A stretch of DNA of 62,932 nt, counting the filler, from Intoshia linei (taxonomy: Eukaryota > Animalia > Orthonectida), in the NCBI GenBank assembly GCA_001642005.1. It is 6 parts of 6 records of this genome, joined end to end, with 100 filler letters (N's around TTAATTAATTAA, not from the genome) between each part and the next. Parts side by side here need not be neighbours in the genome. Positions count along the whole stretch, not along the records: positions 50,234 to 61,627 come from LWCA01001176.1; positions 61,728 to 62,932 come from LWCA01002730.1; 4 more parts are not named here. The stretch is one strand, 5' to 3'. Position numbers and translations under genes: made by a program. The notes under the pieces were generated by a model. It was not told the DNA's origin. It saw nothing but the letters and a program-made list of their open reading frames with translations, and did no database searches. This document shows, piece after piece, positions 52,898-62,932 of this stretch. The stretch's first letter is position 1; each line of letters begins with the position of its first letter.

Positions 52898-54058
52898 ATG
52901 AGAATTCAGATAATACAATTTAATTTTATTATATTGATATCCTACTTCACTTCCTTATCGACCCTACAAAGAATGGACGGTAATTTCTTTATAGATAATC
53001 GATCATACAATGGTATGTCAAATACTGTATTATTTGTTCATTTGTGCGTATTTTCTGAATTTTAATTAAATCCAGGCAATGACACTTAAAAGACTCATTG
53101 AGTTCATTTAGGGTCAACTGAAAGATATTTATTTAATGCAGGGCATGAATCATCCTTAATTTGCAATACTTTGGGTTACAATATTGATATGGTAAGTGAT
53201 ATTATTTGATTAAACTTAGTATATAGATATCATGGACCCGTATAACTCCAAATACACCACGTGTTGATAAATCATATATATTTGTGGGACTGGAACGTTT
53301 TATAAACGACGATAGATTTAGCATTCTCATGGATCAAATTGAAGATAAAATGCATTTAAAAATAAAAAATACACAATTGTCCGATGAAGGCACCTACGAA
53401 TGTATTTTTTCTGGTGATATATCTAAAATTCACGTCCTGAACAAAATGCGCTTAACTGTTAAAGGTTTTACTTTTTTAATCATTTCATAAAGTTTAGCTA
53501 TTCAAATAAGTGGACAAAATCAAATAAAAATATACGGTAACATAAAATTGAAATGTAATGCCACAAGTAAATCTCATGAAACTCCTATAAACTCTTTGAA
53601 ATGGATGCGAGGCGGACAAAATCTTATCGAAAAAAGAGTCAATGAAATAAAGACAATCAGTATATACCAAAAGATAATACGAGACACTGTTACCAGTCTA
53701 CTAATAATAAAAAATGTATCACTCAAAGACAGTGGAATATACAAGTGCATTGTCAATGATGCTAGTTATGAAGAATTTAATGTAACTGTTGCAAACGGTG
53801 AGTTGGACATTTCTATTTTCTATATCAAATTTAGTAAAATATGGAATAAATGTAAATATTGTAAATCGTAAGCAGCTAATTGTCACTTCTAACCCATATT
53901 TAGATACTGATTCACAACAGAGTCGCTCATGTGTGCCCAAAATAACAACTGTGATAGAAAAAATTAGAAACTTGTTTTTATTCCCGATCAATGAAAAGAT
54001 CAATAAGACACTTTATGCCATTATGACAATTGTAGTGTTTATTTTTATTAAATTATAG
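52898..54058 (+). CDS. Two-Ig-domain cell-surface protein (Dpr/IgLON/lachesin-like); start uncertain
   Basis: Ig1 SLIC...|ISWTR...FVGLERFINDDRFS...LKIKNTQLSDEGTYEC; Ig2 LKC..LKWMRG..SLLIIKNVSLKDSGIYKC; hydrophobic C-terminal tail. I could not confidently splice the signal-like exon at 52898 in frame. Confidence 0.75.
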
Positions 54059-54060
54059 TG

Positions 54061-54660
54061 TTATTTTTTTTCTTTATGTCCATGACTCATAATTTCTACG
54101 AGGTTAGCATAATTGATATTGTCGTTCGGAGATATTTTTGCAGCTTTAAAAAATTTTTCTACATCCTTATTGTCCCAGCGATCCCCTCTACTTGTCATAA
54201 TTTCTTTTAAATATGAAGCCTTTATAGTATCTGAAATATATATTAATAATTCACTTAATTTTTAAAAACTTTTATTTTCCGCATCAAAGCAAGAAAACGC
54301 ATTAATAAGAACATCGTTAGGGTCTGAGCCATTCAATTTTTCACCAAATAAAGTGAGAAACATAGTGAAATTGATTGATCCAGGGGCATCGTCCAACATG
54401 TCTTGAATATAATCGTCGTCAACAACTTTATCCAGAGAAGTAAACATTTCCATTAAATCTTCTTTGTCAATGAACCCATCCCCGTTAGCGTCGATAAAAG
54501 AGAAGGCTTCCTATTGAATAGACCCTAGTAAAAAATATGAAAAACTGTATACTTTGAACTCTTTGATAGCATCTTCACTAAACATGGCGAAAACATTAGA
54601 TGTAGCTCTTCTAGTTCTGGATCTGGTTTTACGTCTTTCTGAACGAGATTGTTTTACCAT
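54061..54660 (-). CDS. Myosin II regulatory light chain, 3 exons
   Basis: [14 protein letters not shown]|[46 protein letters not shown], ends SHGHKEKK*. Confidence 0.95.
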
Positions 54661-54744
54661 TGTTATCTTAGTTTAATAAATAGATTAAACAAATATAACA
54701 AGTTTCTAATAACATCAAAATGGTGTTTACAATGTTTATTGTAG

Positions 54745-54965
54745 TAAAGATTATCCTTAGTTTTTTGTATATTTCAAACGCAGGATTAAGTGTCACATCT
54801 TTTTTTGATTCAAAAATATACAATGAATGATACAAGGGAAAATGCTCCTATCATTTGCATTATAACGTGATATAAAAAGTTGTAACCTTTTCATAATTGA
54901 ATAACTCATCAATAGGAGGAAAGTTTTTGCAAATTCATGTTTCTTTTCTTAGTTTGTCAAACAAT
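54745..54965 (-). pseudogene. Degenerate duplicate of the PISD last exon
   Basis: PPIDELFNY..IMQMIGAFSLVSFIV..ESKKDVTLNPAFE parallels APIDELFNS..IMQRIGEKFGHFSLGSSIVLLFESKEDVAFNPAFE at 55.9-56.1 kb; has indels. Confidence 0.75.
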
Positions 54966-55051
54966 TAAAACTTTCCATAAAATGGTTTGTGTACCGATTA
55001 TATTTTTCAATTCAAAAATACTTAATAATTAAAATAACTTACTATATAAAT

Positions 55052-55732
55052 CAGGGATTGGAATTAATTAATTGCAACCAATTTAATTATAATTAATTGA
55101 TTACAACCAATTGAATGATAATATTGAATTTTTTGCAATTAATTGCTTTATGAAAAATAAGAAATTTCAATTAATTGAAGATTGATAACCATATCAATCA
55201 TTTTTAAAAAACTGTCGTGATTATAATGAATGAAACTAGCATAATGTTTGTTCGAAGTACATAAAAGTCAAGCTAGTAGGTTAAATATATTATTTTTCTG
55301 GTGACAAACGCGTTTCTATTTTTCTAAAATTGCATAAAATAATAAAAAGTTGTTAATATTTTATTATAAGTGACAAACTATTTAGTTGCATTATATTTTA
55401 TTTCCAAAATATTTTCATATTATTTATTTTATTTCTTTCTTCGAATTTGGAAATAAATAAAGCATGATTGTACTGTGATACGCTACAACGAGTGTTGACA
55501 GTGTCAACTTGACACCTTAATATTGTAATTATTGAACTACATAAAAAAATTTAATTAATTTTTTCATCCAACCATTCGAATCAATTTGAATCCTTATTCA
55601 ATTTATATTTTTTCAATTATATGAAAAAAACCAATTACTTCAAAATTATCTTTTCATTTTTCAATTAATTAAAAAATTAATATTTAGCAAACAATTAATT
55701 GGTTTATACAAAACAATTATTTTCAATCCCTG
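55052..55732. mobile_element. hAT MITE
   Basis: TIRs CAGGGATTG ... CAATCCCTG; exact TSD ATATAAAT. Confidence 0.85.
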
Positions 55733-55891
55733 ATATAAATATCTATATTTTTCAGTAATTATATCCTTTTAGGTCAGATTTTATGCCTTTGAGCATAAGA
55801 TTGTTAAAACATTTCATCTTAGTTTTAAATACGATTATTTTTCAAATTTCTAATAAAATCATAAAAAATATTTACAATATGTATTGATATA

Positions 55892-58500
55892 TTATTTTAA
55901 TAAAAAAGATTGTCCATAATTTATTTTGTTAGTTTCAAATGCAGGATTAAATGCGACATCTTCTTTTGATTCAAACAATAATACAATTGACGATCCTAAA
56001 GAGAAATGACCAAATTTTTCTCCAATCCTTTGCATTATAATATTTTCAGAGTTGAATAATTCATCAATGGGCGCAGAGTTTGGATTTTGTGTTTTTACAT
56101 TAGTCTTTAATTTCTAAATATAATATAAATTATAATTCATAAAACTAGCATAGGTCTGTTATATGAATCGATCCGACTCGAACTTTTTATCTGTCTTGCA
56201 AAAAATGTAAATTTTAATCTTATTAGTCGCATAAAAAATAATAAAAAATACACTGAAATGTGAAAAGGCGGGATAGCCAATATTATTATTATGTTCAAAA
56301 AATCAGTTCAATAAATCATAAATAATTATTATTGTTAATATTAAAGCACCATTAATTTTCATAAAAAAATAGCATATCGTACAATTTCTAAATTAATGCA
56401 AGCAAGGAGATTAATATATTGTAGTATATATCATTAATACATTGATAATAATCATTACTTTGAATATACCAAGATTACTTATATTTACATTTTTTATATG
56501 ATTTTTCTTATTCATAATTTAAAAAAATTATTCATATTCTAGAAATTGTACGACGGGCTTAACAAAAGTTATAGACACAGAATATATAATTATTAGTCTG
56601 AGTATGCACAGGAATTTAAAAATTACTTATATATATGATCACATACTATAACTAATAATTTTTGTATGTATCAGACGTTCAATTATAAAAAATTGGAACC
56701 TTAAACTGATGTATTGCCATCACAGTTACACACTAAAATGGAATTCATGTGTATAAGTCAGTTTTATGTTATTATGGAACTCAAAAACAATGTTATTTAT
56801 ATTGCAAATTTTCTAAAATTAGTTCAAACCATACGACTAAATACTGGACCATATTTTATTCTAAAAATTTCTTTTAAAAATTTCCTTTTCTAAAAATTTT
56901 ATTTATATAAAATTGAATGTGTGTCTGTTTCTGTGTGTCACTATTTATTTACATAATTGACAGTCATAAAATTTCTAATAGTTTTTTCCAGGACGTATAT
57001 ATTACCTCAGTATGAAGCTGTAACATATACTAAATTTATCCTCACAAAGTATAACATAGCATATCGTTTCCCTCATGACGGTCCACGGATCGGTAGTGAT
57101 CCGTAAAAAATTTGACTAATTAGAAGTAAATTTATTACTTTTTGTATCAAATTTTTTTAGGGTTGTCTAGTAATTTGGATTTAATAGTCTGCAATAAATT
57201 TTATAATTTATTAAAGGTCCACCGTGAAAAATGTGTGGGAACCGTGATAGATAATAATAGTTTAGCTAATAACCGTAATAGTTTAATAACGATAATAAAA
57301 AATGTAATGGTTATATTTGAAATAACATATTTAAGCTATATGAAAACCACCAGTGGTCCAAATGGACCACGTTGAGAATCACTTCATTAAAGTCAAAACC
57401 AAAAATTTCACTCTGATCGAAAATGTTAGTAATATTTCATCAACTTGAATTTGCAATTTAATGCATGTACATGATTTTTAGATGTTAATATTTTTGGAAT
57501 AAAGACTAATAAATTTTGATTTGATTTAAATATTGATTGAAGTGATTTTTAAACATAATAAAACTTCGAAATGTGCTAGTACAATTAAACAAATATGAAA
57601 ATTAATGAAAGGGTACATTTCATAATCGTGATACCTCAAAATATAAATTAAAATTAACGTGAAGTAGGCATATATGTATAATAATATTACTTTATCTCCA
57701 TACACAGTAATGGAGCCAACACATGTGGCTCCAATTGCGACTAAACCCATGAAACCTTGAGAGTAACTACCCACATACACAGCTCGTTCGTTTAGACTAA
57801 ATATTTTAGGCATAAGATTTGTAACTTTTGGATGAACACTGAAAAGTTCTCCAGGTATGTGGCGTCGTTCGAGTATTTTCCATGTAGCAGGAGAATGTAT
57901 TCCGTGATAATCACCAGGATCAAGGTAAATAGTGATATAATACAAACGTTTACTTTTGAGGTTATATTTCTCTACGATGTCCTTACCTATTAATGAATTC
58001 AAGGAACATTTGAAGCCTTTGGCATCAATATTTGTTTCAATCACATCAATCTGACCGCAGTGAGTAATTTTTCCATCGCAAGGGCCTAAATAAAAATAAT
58101 TATAGGGAATAAAAAAATTTACTAATTAAATCAAAGTCCGTGCAAACTGGCCTGAGATAACTATGAATGTCGCGTTCAAAAAAATGAGAAATTGATTCAT
58201 AAAATTCTAAATTGCAATTTACGGCTTCTTGCAGTTTAACGTTATAAAAATTAATATATGCAGAGAGAAGTGGTTTTCTAATACACGGATATAAATTTAA
58301 AGAGTTTATCTTTCCCCAGATTTGAGATAAACTGCGTAGTGGTAAAAGCCGGTAAAAGGAAATCTAAAGTTATGTATAAATACTTGCCATAAAGTAAGTA
58401 CTTTTAAACCTCTCTTGTCTGTATCAAGGTATCTGTTTTTAAATAAATAATAACCCGTAAAAAGACTGGAAATCATTACTAATCTTTTTCTGAATACCAT
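55892..58500 (-). CDS. PISD: Phosphatidylserine decarboxylase proenzyme, mitochondrial type, 4 exons
   Basis: SISHFFER, GPCDGKI, IYLDPGDYHGIHSP, RRHIPGELFSV, NERAV, AIGATCVGSI; last exon GHFSLGSSIVLLFE (LGS autocleavage site) ... KINYGQSFLLK*. Confidence 0.92.
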
Positions 58501-58675
58501 ACTTAATTTTTAGTAACAGTATGAATCAATGTTTATTTATGAAAGGTGTTCAAAGATAATAAGACCAAAAAGTTCATATATTCGACACCATAAAATGAAT
58601 TGACTAACTTTTGTAAACTAAGTATGTATCCATTGGTATGATATAAATATGTCGAGGCTTTGTTTGAAAAACTAA

Positions 58676-60108
58676 ATGGTAATATTTATGAAAAATAGAT
58701 TGACATTATGTAGAGCGATAACAATCTTGGAATAAACAATTACCACCAGGAAAACGTACTTTCCTATCTAAAGTTTGCCAGATTTCAACGGGAATATAGA
58801 TTAAGATCAGTACGAAAATGTTTTCAAGACATTAAAGAATACAGGTACTAGATACATAATCATGGATAGCATTGCTATAATAAAATTCAATGTTATTAAT
58901 GTATAAATCAGGACGAACACTTTTCATAATTATTAAGTTGTTTGTATCAAAACAGATGTGATCGACTTTGGTAGTCTCTACTACACCTGACCATTGACCA
59001 GGCTTATTACCTGTTGTATATAAGTCATTTATAAAAATTGCAACCAATTGTAAAATTTTACTTAGCTAATTGTATATATGTTGCATCACTGATACATATC
59101 AGAGGTTCTCAACTTTTTGCAAGAAGCCCCTATAACCAAAGATTGATCTATTTTTTCTGAATCGCTCACTTCAAAGTTAAATTTTATGTTAAATCTTTTT
59201 AACCACGTTAACATATATGTTGCTAAGTCTGATCCTTATATTATAGTATATATAATTACATGATTATTAACCGGTGAACTTGTGTGACACGAGTAGAGTT
59301 CAGGTGCGCCGCAAAGAAATTTGACTTTATTTGGTAAATTTTCAAAAATTAATGTCAAGCTTTTACTTTGAAAATCTTTTGATAAACATTTTGCAATTTA
59401 TTATTTGACGTATTAAATTATTAGTATGTATATTAATTAATATGTTGAACGCCAAAATTATCAACATTTTATCGTACATCAAATGTTCTTTACTAAATTC
59501 ACAAATAAAAATATTTATGCATTATTATATTTGATTTTATATTTTTATCGTTTTTAATTTTTGCAAATTTTCGAATATCGATTTGTTTTTTTTATCAAAA
59601 TTTAAAGTTGTCCAAATTTTTATTTTTTTCACAGGTGCGCCCTGAAGTAAAAAAGGTTAAGAAACACTGGCTTATACTATTGTTAAGTTTGTGTAGCTTA
59701 TTTTTGATCGGTTTAATGCGACAGCTTTATATTTCTAACACATTTTATACTAGAAATAATTAATTAGTTTTAGTTAGTATACCCAATCGGCCTGATTCAA
59801 ATGTCTCACTTAAAAAAGTAAACAAAAATTTTGTGTTTATTCTTAGTTTTAAAACTCGGTTATTTATTTATTAACATTATGAATATATACAAAATATTTT
59901 AAACTGTTACTAGACTTCAAGATACAACCTTCACCTTGGATGAATGCAACGAAATATTGGATGAGCTATGTTACCAAATTGGCAACGAATTAGAAGGAGA
60001 ACTTATAAATTCTGCTCATATGGATGTGTTATTACTTAGACAATTATTTATACAAGCCGAAAAATGCCACCTTAAGCTTAACGCTGATATTTCACAGTTA
60101 GAAAACAG
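58676..60108 (+). CDS. LZTFL1: Leucine zipper transcription factor-like 1 (BBS17), 5' three exons
   Basis: ATG-only first coding exon, then LGINNYHQENVLSYLKFARFQREYRLRSVRKCFQDIKEYR|LQDTTFTLDE...ELINSAHMDVLLLRQLFIQAEKCHLKLNADISQLENR; later exons not found. Confidence 0.9.
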
Positions 60109-61627
60109 GTTAGTTCGGTTATCAAAATAACGGGTGCACGTTATTTTAAACATACATGTATATAATAATACTTTAATTAGGGCAAGTAAAAGTTAATTTT
60201 TTATGTTAATTAACATACAATTTCAATCATGATGATACTAATTTTATGTATATCAATTGCCTAATTAAAATGTTATATAGTTAATAGTTTATTTTTTTCA
60301 TAAAAGTTTAAACAGTTTTTAATAATTTTTTAAATTTTTAAAAAAATTATTTTATTAAAAATATAAGGTACAATAATGACCCAGTAAATTTTACATTTTA
60401 AAACTGCTCAGTTAATCTCAACATAGAAAGAGTTTCAAAGAAATTCAGAGAATTCATGTATAGATATATAGAACATGTATATAGATTCATAATTGGTGTG
60501 TGAATATAACTAAAAGTTACTGTATGTTACACAGAAGAACTTGGAAATGTATTGTTAATGAACATTTTGGAAATTGAATAATAATAAATAGCGGAAAAGC
60601 ATTAGTGAATCAAGTTGGGTTACATCAGTGTTTCCCAACATTTTTTATTCTAGGCCCCAATTTCACTCTTAAAATAGCCCAGACCCATTGAAAAAACAGT
60701 ATTCTATAAATACCTCTATGAATAGACCCTGATTTAATTTGTATCAATTTATTTAATTTGTCAAAAATTACAATTTGAAAATAACATGTAGTTTTTATAA
60801 TTTTGATTCAATATGAGATTAGACTTGAATAATAATGTAATCGACAGATAATTAAAAGTGGAATATCAAGTCGATATATTTATATATTTAAGCGGATTTG
60901 GAACTAAAAAGTTGGAAATACTGTACAGGATTAGAAAATACTCATTTAATTAGATATATCATTTTTACTTATAAAGAGATATTTTATAAGTCGCTTTAAC
61001 ATTTCAAACTAGTATTTACATCAGTATTATATATTTTTAACAGATAACATACTGAAATCATGTCAATCTCAAATGTAACGACTTCGTGACCAAAAAGCAC
61101 TTAAATATTATTTTGTTATAATTACAGTGAAAACTTCAATAAAAGCACAGTGTGCTTATAGCCGTGGTTTTCAACCATTTTGTGTTCGCGCCCCTTATAA
61201 ACATAAAAAATTTTCTCTCCAATAATATACTCCAAACATCATATCAATTCAGATAAATAAAATTATTAAAAAAGCATATTCAGTTTTATTTATATTTTAT
61301 ACTGTATTTAGTTATTATTATAACTACACCCCCGACAAAACCTTAGAGCACCTGTATTATATTGAAATATAAGGAAAACTAAAATAAATTATATAACTTT
61401 TTAAATACTAAAACAATATGGTATATTAATTATTGCCCCGAATTTTAAATTGTGTAATTATGTATACTTTTTTTATAAATTGAAAATGAAAAAAGTCGAA
61501 AAAAATATGCGACAAAAGTGCTCTAAACGCTTTCTAATTTACAGCAAAATAGGTACAATAATTTATTTAAAACATTTTATAACTTTAATAATGAGTTCTT
61601 CCACCTTTATTTGTAATAACTTCAAAA

Positions 61628-61727
61628 NNNNNNNNNNNNNNNNNNNNNNNNNNNNNNNNNNNNNNNNNNNNTTAATTAATTAANNNNNNNNNNNNNNNNN
61701 NNNNNNNNNNNNNNNNNNNNNNNNNNN
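61628..61727. other. Artificial contig-join spacer
   Basis: 44 N + TTAATTAATTAA + 44 N. Confidence 0.97.
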
Positions 61728-61759
61728 AAATTTAATAAATAATTTAAAAATTGACTTAA

Positions 61760-62932
61760 ATTCCTTATTTTGTAGAAATATCAATAGTATCTCAAAAACA
61801 TCCACATTTTCAATGCAAATTAAATTAAAAAAATATGCTATTCCAGTTGTATGTAAAGCACGTAGATTTCCATATGGAACTATTACATGATTATATAATT
61901 CAAAAAATAGATAGAAGTGAATGGGTCAGTCCAATTATTGCTGTTTATAAGAAAAATGGAAACATTCGTCTTTGTGTAGATCTAAGAGCTTTAAATAAAA
62001 ATATAATAGTGGATTTACATCCACTTCCATTAATTGAAGATATCATAAATAAAACGCATGGTTTTAAATTTTTTTCTAAAATAGACTTAAAACAAGCGTA
62101 TCATCAAATTGAATTGAATAAAAATTCTAGAGATTTGTTCAGATTAGTACATTATTTGGTCTGTTTAGGTATAAAAGAGTGTCATTTGGTCTTGCTTCTG
62201 CCCCTGCAGCATTCCAGGCTATTATGGAACAAATATTGAATAAAATTGAAGGGGTATCGTGCATGTTAGATAATATTTTAATATATACAAAATCTATTGA
62301 AGAGCACGATAAAATATTGAAAGTTGTTCTCGACTGATTAAAACTGTACAAGATAACTTTAAATGTTGAAAAATGTGATATTAGAAGAAAGGAAATATGT
62401 GTATTAGGAATGATTTTAAATGAAAAAGGATATGCTGACCATGAAAAAATGAAAGCGTTAAGGAACTTGTCAATTCCAAAAGACAAATCACACGTTAAAA
62501 CTTTTTTGGGGATGGCAACTTAATATTCCAAATTTATTGAAAATTTTTCTAATAGTTCTAGTCCATTATTCAATCTTATCTGTAAAAATGAAAAATTTAA
62601 ATGGTCTCAAATACACAATAATGCGTTCAATTTAATTAAGCAGAAAATATCGGATAAAGTATTTTTGACCCACATGCCGAGACTATTGTTCAAGTAGATG
62701 CTTCTAATGATGGAATCGGGGCTATTTTATTGCAAATACAAAATGGCCATAAAACAACGATAGCTTTCTATTCTTTAAGATTATCTAAAACTAAGTGTAA
62801 TTATTCAACTGGTAAGAAAGAATCTTTAGCCTGCGTAATGGTTATACGTAAATGGCAACGATATGTGTATGGACGCTCTATAATACTGAGAACGGACCAT
62901 TTACCATTATTATATTTGTTGAAAAATGTAAC
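61760..62932 (+). mobile_element. Dead Ty3/Gypsy pol (RT + RNase H)
   Basis: SEWVSPIIAVYKKNGNIRLCVDLRALN, FSKIDLKQAYHQI, FGLASAPAAFQ, MLDN in place of YxDD, VDASNDGIGAILLQ, YST..KESLA, RTDHLPL; several frameshifts and stops. Confidence 0.92.

Overview
AT-rich genomic DNA from an animal with a very compact gene layout. Most introns are GT-AG and about 33-45 nt; the few long ones are mostly filled with transposon debris. This fits a reduced parasite genome such as the orthonectid Intoshia linei (inference, not verified). The window is not one continuous molecule: five identical 100-nt spacers (44 N + TTAATTAATTAA + 44 N) join six contigs, and four genes lose exons at these joins. Genes recognised: an orphan CDS, a divergent uridine/cytidine kinase, akirin, fumarate hydratase, a PLAC8 protein, glucosidase II alpha (3' part), TFIIA alpha/beta, kanadaptin, a decayed DYNC2H1-like 3' fragment, a GTP cyclohydrolase I 5' part, FBXL13/DRC6 (5' part), a Rap1-like GTPase, TAF2, a GPCR remnant, a LAP1/LULL1-like torsin activator, a two-Ig surface protein, myosin regulatory light chain, phosphatidylserine decarboxylase and LZTFL1 (5' part). 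Mobile DNA includes hAT elements and MITEs with exact 8-bp TSDs, a non-autonomous Helitron family, pogo-like and long-TIR elements, and a dead Gypsy pol. I found no clear-cut novel multi-gene system. The best leads are the extreme gene packing (stop codons 2 nt apart; a 66-nt same-strand spacer suggesting an operon or trans-splicing), a kinase with a remodelled base pocket, a minimal torsin activator and a CGGBP1-like hAT family. All exon coordinates were read by eye.
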